Assembly: GCF_009834535.1 (NCBI RefSeq)
Contig: NC_045697.1
Span: 120,282,001-120,346,000 of the forward strand
Direction: 5' to 3'
DNA length: 64,000 nt
Source of the DNA: Camelus ferus
Taxonomy: Eukaryota
The position numbers and the translations under genes are program-made. A model generated the notes under the pieces. The model saw only the letters and a program-made list of their open reading frames with translations, did not search any database and had not been told where the DNA came from. Shown piece after piece: positions 1 to 12,374 of this stretch. Position 1 is the first letter of the stretch; the number at the start of each line of letters is the position of its first letter.

Positions 1-1310
1 TGTGAGGTAGTAGTAAAACACACTCCAGGCATGTTTTGGGGGTACAGCTTTTCCCAAGATGGGAGAAGTCACCTAATTACCTCCGCTTCCAAATGGGAGG
101 CGCTCTATACTTGTTCGCTTTCCAGACCAACTCCCAGCTTTCCTTTGAATCCCGGCCTAAGGAAACACCTAGGGATGACAATATTAGCGATTCTATCAGA
201 ACCCCCTCTCTGCAGACAGTTGGAGGTACAACACACAATCAAATTTCCGGAACATGGCTTTGCTTGGTGGAGGTATGGAGACAAACACCACAAGATGCCT
301 GGGGGCACAGTTTCTCTCTGTCTGGAAGACCGCTCATTACCTCTACATTCAATCTTGGGCAATCCTGGCTAATTGGCTCTCCAGTCGAACCCCCAGTTTC
401 CCTCGCAGCCCGCCCTGGAACACACTCAGATATTATAAGCTAGTGGTTCTATTGGAACCCAGGCACTGAAGACTCTTGTAGGAAGCTCCACACACGCAGG
501 ATAACAGAACAATTATTTTGTGTATGAATGAGATGGTAAAAACTCCACGCATGTTTCAGTGGGTACAGGATTTCTTATGTTGGGGGATGTCAAATTATTC
601 CCATTAATGTCCATGGGGAGGTAATCTCTCCTACTTGGATTTCCATCGCATCCCCCTGTTTCCCTTGCAACCCAGTCAGAGGAATCTGTCAGGAAATTTA
701 GCTAAAATTTCTATTAAAACCCAGAAGCTGCTGAGAGTTGTAGAAAGTTCCCCATACACTGGGTAACAGAACACTTCTTTGTGTGTGCGATTGAGTAGGA
801 AAACAGTCCATGCATGTTTCTGGGGTGCAGATTTAACCAGGATGTGAGACGTTGGCTAAGTATCTCCACAGCCCATGGGGAGGCACTCTGTTTTTCTTCG
901 TTTTCCAGCCCTACTCCCAGATTTCCCTTGCAGCCCGGGTTAGGAAAACACCCAGGGATTACAAACTAAGTGATTCTATCAGAACCCCGGCGCTGCTGTC
1001 TGTTGGAGGAACCTCCACACACACAGAATTCCCAAACACTGCTTGGCTTGGAAGAAGTTTGAAGCCCCAATACACACACAAGCCTGGGGCTCAAGTTTTT
1101 CCCTGTTAGGGGGAAGTCTGCTAATTAGCTCCACTGTCCAGCTCGGGCACCATCTACTACTTGGAATTCCAGCCTAACCCCCATGTTTCCCATGCAGCCA
1201 GGCCTGGGTTAACACAGAGAGTAAAGAAGATATTGGTGCTATTCGAACCCATGCTCTGTTCACAATTGTGGAAAACTTCGAACACTCAGTATAACAGAAC
1301 ATATCTTTCT

Positions 1311-4300
1311 GTGTGTGAGGGTGTAGTAAAACACAATCCAGTCATTTTTCTGGGGATCCAGTTTTTCACAGGTTGGGAGATGTTGGCTAGTTTCCTTCAC
1401 TGCCCATGTTGATGCATTGACTTCTTCTTCGTTTTCAAGCCCAAATCCCAACATTCCCTTGCATCCCGATCTAGGATTTTACCCAGGGATGACAGTCTAA
1501 GTGATTTTATCAGAGCTACGATGCTGCTGTATTTTTTAGGAACTTCCAGAAACTTAGGATTCTGGATCACTTCTATGCTTGGGGGTAGATTTGGAGACCC
1601 ACACCACAGAGATGGCTTGGGGCACAGGTATTTCCCTGTTAGGGAGATGTCCGCTAATTACCTCCACAGTCCATCTCGGGTCACTCGCTGCAACATGGCT
1701 TTCCAGCGCAAGCGCAGCATTCCCTCGCAGGCCGGCCTGGAAAAACAATTAGGGATAATAAGCCAGTGGTTCTATTGGAACCCAGGTGCTGCAGAACATT
1801 GTAGGATACTCCCCACACACAGGAAAAGAGAACACTTCTTTGTGTGTCTCATGCATTTTGGTAAACAAACTCCACGCCTGTTTCAGGGGTTAAAGTTTTG
1901 CTAGTTAGTGGGAGTTCCCATAATTCCCACCAATGCCCATGGGGAGGCACTCGCCCCTGCTTGGATATCCAGCCCAACCCCCAGCTTTCCCTCTCAGCCC
2001 GGCCTGGGAAAACACTCAGGGATAATATGCTATTGGTTGTTTTGGAACCCAGTAGCTACCGACCGTTGTAGGCTACTTCCCACATCTGGGATTACAGAAG
2101 AAATCTTTGTGTGTCTGATGGAGATGGGCAAACAAATTCTACGCATATTTCAGGGGGCACAGGTGTTCCAAGGCTGTGGGACGTCGGAAAATTACCTCAA
2201 ATTCTCATGGGGTTAACTCGCTGCTGCTAAGAATTACAGCAAAGCCCTCAGATTTACCTCGAAGCCAGGCCTGTGAAAACACTCACGGAAAACAAAATAC
2301 TGGTGCTTTTAGAACCCAGGTGCTGCTGAATGTTGTAGAATCCTCCCCAAACTCAGGAGAGCAGAACATATCTTTGTGTGTTTGATGGTGTAGAAAAATA
2401 CACTCCAGGCATATTACTGTGGGTACAGCTGTTCCCAGGTTTGAAGATGTCGCCTAATTACCTCCAATGCAAATGGGGAGGCACTCTATACTTCTTCGCT
2501 TTCCAGACTAACTACCAGCTTTCCTTTGAAGCCCGGCCTAAGGAAACACCTAGGGATGACAATACTGGCGATTCTATCAGAACCCCATCTCTGCTGACAG
2601 TTGGAGGTACAACACACACTCAAAATTCCGGAACATGGCTTTGCTTGGTGGAGGTATGGAGACCAACACCACAATATGCCTGGGGGCACAGTTTCTCTCT
2701 GTCTGGGAGAAGTCCGCTCATTACCCCTACAGTCAATTTCTGGGCAATCCTGGCTAATTGGCTTTCCAGCCGAACCACCAGTTTCCCTCGCAGCCCGCCC
2801 TGGAACTCAATAAGAGATTATAAGCTAGTGGTTCTATTGGAACCCAGGCAATGCAGACAGTTCTAGGAAGCTCCGCACACGCAGGATAACAGAAAACTTT
2901 TTTGTGTCTGATTGAGATGTTAAAAATTCCACGCATGTTTAAGCGGGTACAGGTTTACCTAGTTTGGGGGAGGTCAGATTACTCCCGTTAATGCCAATCA
3001 GGAGTTAATCGCTCTTGCATGGTTTTCCATACCATCCCCCAGTTTCCCTTCCAACCCAGTCAGAGAAAACAGTCAGGAAATATAGCTAAATTTCTATTAG
3101 AAGCCAGGCGCTGCTGACAGTTGTAGAAACCTCCACATACACAGGGTAACAGAACACTTCTTTGTGTGTGAGATGGAGAAGGAATACACAGTACATGCAT
3201 GTATCTCGGGTGCAGGTGTAATCAGTTTGGGAGACTTTGGCAAAGTAACTCCACAACCCATAGGGAGGCACTCTGTTTTCTTCGATTTCCAGCCCTACTC
3301 CCAGCTTTCCCTTGCAGCCCGGGTTAGGAAAACACCCAGCGATGACAAACTAAATCATTCTATCATAACCAGGGCTCTGCTGTATGTGTGGAGGAACGTC
3401 CAAACACTCAGGATTCCGGAACACGGATTTGCTTGGTTCGAATTGTGAAGCCCCAGAGCACACTCATTACTGGGGCCCAAGATTTTCCCTTTTAGGGCCA
3501 AGTCCGCTAAGTACCTCCATAGTCCATCTCGGGGTACTCACTGCTACTTGGATTCCCAGGCCAACCCCCATGTTTCCCTTGCAGCCTGGCCTGGGCTAAC
3601 ATAGAGTGAAAAGAATCTATCAGTGCTATTCGAACCCATGCCCTGCTGACAATTGTGGAAACCTTCGAACACTCAGGATAACAGAACATATGTTTCTGTG
3701 TGTGATGGTGTAGGAAAGTACACTGCAGGCATTTTTATGGGGATCCAGGTTTTCCCTGGTTGGGAGATGTCGTCTTGATTACTTCAGTGTCCATGGGGTG
3801 GCACTGAATTCTTCTTCCTTTTCAAGCCCAACTCCCAGCTTTCCCTTGCAGCCCGTACAAGTGAAACACCCATGGATGGCAAATAAGTGATTCTATCAGA
3901 ACCCCGGCGTTGCTGTCTGTTGGAGGATCCTCCAAAGCTTCAGGATTCTGGAACACGTCTTTTAGTGTGGGGAGTTGTGGAACCCCAATCCACGCAGATG
4001 AATGTCCTGTTAGGGAGAAGTCCGCTAAGTACCTCCACAGTGAATCTTGGGGCACTCGCTTCTTCTTAGATTTTCAGCCTATCCCCCAGTTTTCACTCGC
4101 AGTCCGGCTTTGTAAAACACTCAGTGATAATAAGCTATGTTTCTATTGGAACCTTGGTGCTGCAGACAATTGTAGGAACCTCCCCACACTCAGAATAACA
4201 GAACATTATCTGAGTGTCTCATTTAGATGGGTAAACTAAATTCACGCATGTTTCAGTTTGTATAGGAGTTCCTAGGTTGTGGGAGTTCGGATATTTACAT

Positions 4301-7300
4301 CCACTGTCCATGGGGAATCCCTTGCAGTTGCTTGGATTCCAGCCCAAACCCCAGCGTTCCCTCGCATCCCGGCCTGTGGAAACACTCAGGGAAAATAAGC
4401 TACAGTTTCTATTAGAACTAAGGCACTCCTGACAGTTGTAGAAACCTCCCTACACTAAGGAAACAGAACACATCTTTTTGTGTGTGATGGTGTAAGAAAA
4501 CACAGTAAGGCATGTCTCTGGGGTGCAGGATTTCGCAGGATGGGAAATGTTGGCTAATTACCTCCACTGCCCATGGGGAAGAACTCTCTACTTCTTCGAT
4601 ATCCAGCCCTAATCCTAGCATTCCCTTGCAGCCCGACCGTGCAAAACATGGCTTGGGCCCAAGATTTTCCCTTATCGGGCCAAGTCCGCTAAGTACCTCC
4701 ATAGTCCATCTCGGGGCACTCGCTTCTACTTGGATTTCCAGCACTAACCCATGCTTTACCTCGCAGCCCGACCTGGGAAAACACACATGGAATATATGTT
4801 ATTGGTTGTAATGGAACCCAGTCTCTACCTACCGTTGTAGGTAACTTCCCACAACTAGGATAAAAGAATAAACATTTGTGTGTCTGATGGTGATGGGTAA
4901 ACAAACTCCAAGCATATATCGGGGGGCTTAGGTATTCCAAGGCTGTGGGATGTCGGAAAATTACCTCAAATTCTTTTGGGGCGTAACTCGCTGCTGCTAC
5001 GAATTACAGCCAAGCCCACAGATTTACCTCACAGCCAGGCCTGTGAAAACACTCATGGAAAACAAAATACTTGTGCTAGTAGAAACAAGGCGCAGCTGAA
5101 ACTTGTAGAATCCTACGCACCCCGAGGATAGCAGAAGAAATTTTTGTGTGTGTGATGGTGCAGGAAAATACACTCCAGGCATGTTTCTGGTGTTACAGCT
5201 GTTCCCAGGTTTGGAGATGTCGCCTAATTACCTCCAATTCCAATGGGGAAGCACTCTATACTTCTTCGCATTCCAGACCAACTCCATGCTTTCTTTGAAG
5301 CCCGGCCTAAGAAAACACCTAGGGATGACAATATTATTGATTCGATCAGAACCTCCCCTCTGCTGCCTGTTGGAGGTACAACACACACTCAAAATACCGG
5401 AACATGTCTTTGCTTGGTGGTGGATTGGATACCAAAACCACAAAATGCCTGGTGGCACAGTTTCTCTCTGTTTGGGAGAATTCCGCTAATTAATTCTACA
5501 GTCAATTTCTGGGCAATCTTGGCTACTTGGCTTTCCAGAAGATCCCCCAGATTCCCTCGCAGCCCGACCAGTAAAACACTCAGAGATTATAAGCTAGTGG
5601 TTCTATTGGAACCAAGGCACTGCAGACCGTTTTAGGAAGCTCCGCACACGCAGGATAACAGAATATTTTTTTTGTGTTTGAATGAGATGCTAAAAACTGC
5701 ACTCATGTTTCAGGGGGTACAGGTTTTCCTAGGTTGGCGTAGGTCAGATTATTCCCATTAATGCCCATGGGGTGGTAATCGCTCCTGCTTAGATTTCCAT
5801 CCCATCCCCCAGGTTCCCTTGAAACCCAATCATAGAAAACAGTCAGGAAATTTTGCTAAAGATTCTATTAGAACCAAGAAGATGCTGACAGTTGTAGAAA
5901 CTTCCCCATACACAGGGTAACAGAACACTTCTTTGTGTGAGTGATTGAGTAGGAAAACAGAGTCCATGCATGTTTCTGGGGTGCAGGGGTAACCAGGCTG
6001 TGAGACTTTGGCTAATTATCTCCACAGCCCATGTGAATGCACTCTGTTTTTCTTCGTTTTCCAGCCCTACTCCAAGCTTTCCCCTGCAGCCAGGGTTAGG
6101 AAAACACCCAGGGATGTCAAACTAAGTGATTCTATCAGAACCAGTGCGCTTCTGTATGTGTGGAGGAACCACCAAACACTCAGGATTCCGGAACACTGAT
6201 TTCTTTGTTGCGAATTGTGAAGCCCCAGAGCAAACTCATTGCTGGGGCTCAAGATTTCCCCTTTTAGGGCCAAGTCCGCTAATTAACTCCATAGTCGATC
6301 TCGGGACCGTCGCTGCTACTTGGATTCACAGCCCAAACCCCATGTTTCCCTTGCAGCCAGGCCTGGGTTAACACAGAGCCAAAAAAATGATATTGGTGCT
6401 TTTAGAACCCATGCCCTGCTGACAATTGTGGAAACCTTCGAACACTCAGGATAACAGAACATATCTTTCCGTGTGTGATGGGGTAGGAAAACACACTCCA
6501 GGCATTTTTCTGGGGATCCAGCTTTTCCGAGGTTGGGGGAGGTCGGCTAGATTCCTTCAGTGCCCAAGGGGTGGCACTGTCTTCTTCTTCGTTTTCAAGC
6601 CCAACTCCCAGCTTTCCCTTGCAGCCCGGACAAGTGAAACAACCATGGATGACAAATAAGTGATTCTATCAGAACCCCGGTGTTGCAGTATGTTGGAGTA
6701 TCCTCCAAAGCTTCAGGATTCTGGAACACGTCTTTGAGTATGGGGAGTTGTGGAACCCCAATCCACGCAGATGAATGGGGTCATAGATTTGTCCCTGTTA
6801 GGGAGAAGTCCGCTAATTACCTCCAAATTGCATCTTGGGGCACTCGCTGTTTCTTAGATTTTCAGTCTATCCCCCAGTTTTCACTCGCAGACTGGCCTTG
6901 TAAAACACTCAGTGATAATAACCTAGGTTTCTACTGGAACTCAGGTGCTGCAGACAATTGTAGGTACCTCCCCACACTCAGAATAACAGAAGAATACTTT
7001 GAGTGTCTGATTTAGATGGGTAAACTAAATCCACGCATGTTTCAGTTTGTATAGGCGTTCCTAGGATGTGGGAGGTCGGATATTTACATCCACTGTCCAT
7101 GGGGAGTCCCTTGCAGTTGCTTGGATTCCAGCACAACCCCCAGCTTTCCCTCGCATCCCGGCCTGTGAAAACACTCATGGAAAATAAGCTACAGTTTCTA
7201 TAAGAACTAAGGCGCTCCTGACAGTTGTACAAACCTCCCTATACTAAGGAAAACAGAACACAGCTTTGTGTGTGTGATGGAGTAGGAAAATACTGTAAGG

Positions 7301-10300
7301 CATGTCTCTGCGGTGCAGGAGTTTGCAGGATGGGAAATGTTGGCTAATTACCTCCACTGCCCATGGGGAAGCACTCTCATCTTCTATGATAACCAGCATT
7401 AATCCTAGCATTCCCTTGCAGACCGACCGTGTAAAACACCCAGGGATGACAAACTAAATCATTCTATCAGAACCAGGACGCTGCTGTATGTTGGAGGAAC
7501 CTCCAAACATTCAGGATTCTGGAACACGGATTTTCTTGGTGCAAATTGTGAAGACCCAAAGCACACTCATTGCTGGGGCCTAAGATTTTCCCTATTAAGG
7601 CCAAGTCCGCTAAGTACCTCCATAGTCCATCATGGGGCACTCGCTGCTACTTTAATTTCCAGCCGAACCCCCATGTTTCACTTGCAGATCGGCCTGGGTA
7701 ACACAGAGGGAAAAGAAGCTATTGGTGCTATTCGAACCTAGGCTTTGCTGAAAATTGTGGAATATTTCGAACACTCAGGATAACAGAAATTATCTTTCTG
7801 TGTGTGATGGAGTAGGAAAACACACTCCAGTCATTTTTCTGGGGATCCAGGTTTTCCCATGTTGGGAGAAGTCGGCTAGATTCCTTCAGTGCCCATGGGG
7901 TGGCTCTGACTACTTCTTCCTTTTCAAGCCCAACCACCAGCTTTCCCTTGCAGCCTGGACAATGAAACACCAATGTATGAAAAATAAGTGATTCTATAAG
8001 GACTCCGGCGTTGCTGTCAGTTGGAGGATCCTCCAATCCTTCAGGAATCTGGAACACGTCTTTGAGTGTGGGAAGTTGTGGAACACCAATTCACGCAGAT
8101 GGATGGGGTCACAGATTTGTCCCTGTTAGGGAGAAGTCGGCTAATTACCTCCACAGTGCATCTTGGGGCACTCACTTCTTAGATTTTCAGTCTATCCCCC
8201 AGTTTTCACTCGCAGCCCGGCTTTGTAAATCACTCATTGATAATAAGCTAGGTTTCTATTGGAACCCAGGTGCTGCAGACAATTGTAGGAACTTCCCCAC
8301 ACTCAGAATAAAAAACAATACTTTGAGTGACTGATTTAGATGGGTAAACTAAATCCAAGCATGTTTCAGGTTTTATAGGCGTTCCTATGTTGTGGGAGGT
8401 CGGATATTTACATCCACTGTCCATGGGGAGTCCCTTGCTGTTGCTTGGATTCCAACACAACCCCCAGCGTTCCCTCGCATCCCAGCCTATGAAAATACTC
8501 AGGGAAAATAAGCTACTGTTTCTATTAGATCTAAGGCGATCCTGACAGTTGTAGAAACCTCCCTAAACTAAGGAAAACCGAACACAGCTTTGTGTGTGTA
8601 ATGGAGTAGGAAAATACAGTAAGGCATGTATCTGGGGTGCAGGTTTTCGCAGAATTGGAAATGTTTGCTAATTACCTCCACTGCCCATGGGGAAGCACTA
8701 TCTTCTTCTTCGATATCCAGCCCTATTCCTAGCATTCCCTTGCAGCCCGACCATGGAAAACACCCAGGGATGACAAACGAAATCATTCTATCAGAACCAG
8801 GGCGCTGCTGTATGTTGGAGGTACCTCCAAACACTCAGGATTCCAGAACACGGATTTGCTTGGTGCGAATTGTGAAGCCCAACAGCACACTCATTGCTGG
8901 GGCCCAAGACTTTCCCTTTTAGGGCCAAGTCCGCTAATTAACTCAATAGTCCATCTCGGGGCACTCGCTGCTACTTGGATTTCCAGCCCAAACCTTAGCT
9001 TTCCCTCGCATCCTGGAGTGGGAAAACACACAGGGAAAATATGTTATTGGTTATAATGGAACCCTGCCTCTACCTAATTTTGTAGGAACCTTCCCACAAC
9101 TAGGATAAAAGAAGAAATATTTGTGTGTCTGATGGAGATGGGTAAACAAACTCCAAGCATGTATCAGGGGGCTTAGGTGTTCCAAGGCTGTGGGACGTCA
9201 GAAAATTACCTCAAATTCTCATAGGGAATAACTCGCTGCTGCTACGAATTACAGCCAAGCCCACAGATTTACCTGGCAGCCAGGCCTGTGAAAACATTCA
9301 CGGAAAACTAAATTCTGGTGCTACTAGAACCCAGGCAATGCTGAAACTTGTAGAATCCTCCCCACACTCAGGATAACAGAACAAATTTTTGTGTGTGTGT
9401 TGGTGTAGGAAAATACACTCCAGGCATGTTTCTGGTGTTACAGCTGTTCCCCGGTTTCGAGATGTCGCCTAATTACCTCCACTTCCATGGGGAGGCACAC
9501 TATACTTCTTTGCTTTCCAGAGCAACTCCCAAATATCCCTTGCAGCCTGGCCTAAGAAAACACCTAGTGATGACAATATTAACGATTCTATCAGAACACA
9601 CGCTCTGCTGACTGTTGGAGGTACAACACACACTCAAAATCCCAGAACATGGCTTTGCTTGGTGGAGGTATGGAGACCAACACCACAAGATGCCTGGGGG
9701 CACAGTTACTCTCTGTTTGGGAGAATTCTGCTATTTACCTCTACAGTCAATCTCTGGGCAATCCTGGATACTTGGCTTTCCAGCCGAACCCACAGTTTCC
9801 CTCGCAGCCCGCCCTGGAAAACACTCAGAGATTATAAGCTAGTGGTTCTATTGGAACCCAGGCACTGCAGAACGTTGTAGGAAGCTCCGCACACGTAGGA
9901 TAACAGAAAAATTATTTTGTGTCTGATTGAGATTCTAAAAACTCCACGCATATTTCAAGGGGTACAGGTTTTCCTAGATTGGTGGTGGTCAGATTATTCA
10001 GAATTAATGCCCATGGGGAGTTAATCGCTCCTGCTTGGTTTTCCATCCCATCCCCCAGTTTCCCTTGCAACCCAGTCAGAGAAAACAGTCAGGAAATTTA
10101 GCTAAAGTTTCTATTGGAACCCAGGCGATGCTGACAGTTGTAGAAACTTCTCCATACACAGTTTAACAGAACACTTCTTTGTGTGTATGATTGAGTAGGA
10201 CAACATAGTCCATGCATGTTTCTGGGGTGCAGGTGTAACCAGGCTGTGAGACGTTGGCTAAGAATCTCCACAGCCCATGTGGAGGCACTCTGTTTTTCTT

Positions 10301-10713
10301 CGTTTTCCAGCCCTACTCCCAGCTTTCCATTGCAGCCCGGGTTGGAAAACACCCAGGGATGACAAACTAAATGATTCTGTCAGAAACAAGGCGCTACTGT
10401 CTGTTGGAGGAACCTCCACACACACAGGATTAACAAATACGTCTTTGCTTGGGAGAATTGTGAATCCCCACTACACACACATGGCTGAGGGCACAAGTAT
10501 TTCCCTGTTAGGTAGAAGTCCGCTAATTACCTCTACAGACAATCATGGGGCACTCGCTTCTACTTGGATTTCCATCCCAACCCCCAGGATTCGCTTGCAG
10601 CCCGGCCTGGGGAAACACAAAGGGAAAAGGATCTAATTGTGCTATTAGAACACATGCGCTGCTGACAATTGTGGAAAACTTCGAACACTCATGATAACAG
10701 AGCACATCTTTCT
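1311..10713. repeat. ~36-monomer super-unit (9.4 kb; ~9.55 kb before two deletions), partly repeated downstream
   Basis: Order: F2 L M N / A B C D / E F G H I / J K / A B C D / E F G H I / E F G H I / J K / A B C D / E3. Paralogous pseudo-ORFs give constant offsets: 1521 vs 10925 (9404), 2601 vs 12006 (9405), 5148 vs 14698 (9550), 6008 vs 18472 and 6426 vs 18890 (12464), 6426 vs 24190 and 7755 vs 25518 (~17764). Confidence 0.8.
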
Positions 10714-12374
10714 GTGTGTGAAGGTGTAGTAAAACACAATCCAGTCATTTTTTTTTGGGATCCAGTTTTTCCCAGGTTGGGAGATGTCGGCTAGATTCCT
10801 TCACTGCCCATGTTGATGCTTTGACTTCTTCTTCATTTTCAAGCCCAACTCCCAACATTCCCTTGCATCCCGGTCTAGGATTATACCCAGGGATGACAGT
10901 CTAAGTGATTTTATCAGAGCTACGATGCTGCTGTATTTTTTAGGAACTTCCAGAAACTTAGGATTCTGGATCACGTCTATGCTTGGGGGTAGCTTTGGAG
11001 TCCCACACCACAGAGATGGCTTGGGGCACAGGTTTTTCCCTGTTAGGGAGATGTCCACTAATTACCTCCACAGTCCACCTCGGGTCACTCGCTGCAACAT
11101 GGCTTTCCAGCGCAAGCGCAGCATTCCCTCGCAGGCCGGCCTGGGAAAACAATCAGGGATAATAAGCCAGTGGTTCTATTGGAACCCAGGTGCTGCAGAA
11201 CATTGTAGGATACTCCCCACACCCAGGAAAAGAGAACACTTCTTTGTGTGTCTCATGCTGTTTGGTAAACAAGCTCCACGCTTGTTTCAGGGGTTAAGGT
11301 GTTCCTAGTTAGTGGGAGTTCGGATAATTCCCACCAACGCCCATGGGGAGGCACTCACTCCTGCTTGGATATCCAGCCCAACCCCCATCTTTCCCTCTCA
11401 GCCAGGCCTGGGAAAACACTCAGGGATAATATGCTATTGGTTGAATTGGAACCCAGTAGCTACCGACCGTTGTAGGCTCCTTCTCACATCTGGGATTACA
11501 GAAGAAAACTTTGTGTGTCTGATGGAGATGGGTAAACAAACTCCATGCATATTTCAGGGGGCACAGGTGTTCCAAGGCTGTGGGACGTCGGAAAATTACC
11601 TCAAATTCTCATGGGGAGTATCTCACTGCTGGTACGAAATACAGCCAAACCCACAGATTTACCTCGCAGCTAGGCTTGTGTAAACACTCACGGAAAAGAA
11701 AATACAGGTGCTTCTAGAACCCAGATGCTGCTGAATGTTGTAGAATCCTCCCCATACTCAGGAGAGCAGAACACATCTTTGTGTGTGTGATGGTGTAGAA
11801 AAATACACTCCAGGCATATTACTGGGGGTACAGATGTTCCCAGGTTTGGAGATGTCGCCTAATTACCTCCACTGCAAATGGGGAGGCACTCTATACTTCT
11901 TCGATTTCCAGACTAACTAGAAGCTTTCCTTTGAAGCCTGGCCTAAGGAAACACCTAGGGATGACAATACTGGCGATTCTATCAGAACCCCATCTCTGCT
12001 GACATTTGGAGGTACAACACACACTCAAAATTCCGGAACATGGCTTTGCTTGGTGGAGGTATGGAGACCAACACCACAATATGCCTGGGGGCACAGTTTC
12101 TCTCTGTCTGGGAGAAGTCCGCTCATTACATCTACAGTCAATTTCTGGGCAATCCTGGCTATTTGGCTTTCCAGCAGAACCCCCAGTTTCCCTCGCAGCC
12201 CGCCCTGGAACTCACTAAGAGATTATAAGCTAGTGGTTCTATTGGAACCCAGGCAATGCAGACCGTTCTAGGAAGCTCCACACACGCAGGATAACAGAAA
12301 ATTTTTTGTGTCTGATTGAGATGTTAAAAATTCCACGCATGTTTAAGCGGGTACAGGTTTACCTAATTTGGGGG

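Noticed and set aside
778..790. (GT)n and (CA)n runs as microsatellites
   Set aside because: They are only 3-5 units long and are a fixed part of the monomer.
9321..9335. Heat-shock-element-like TTCnnGAA words (TTCTAGAA in many K monomers, degenerate here; TTCCGGAA/TTCTGGAA in X tails)
   Set aside because: Only two nGAAn units are in phase, whereas a functional HSE needs at least three, and the motif is not conserved across copies.
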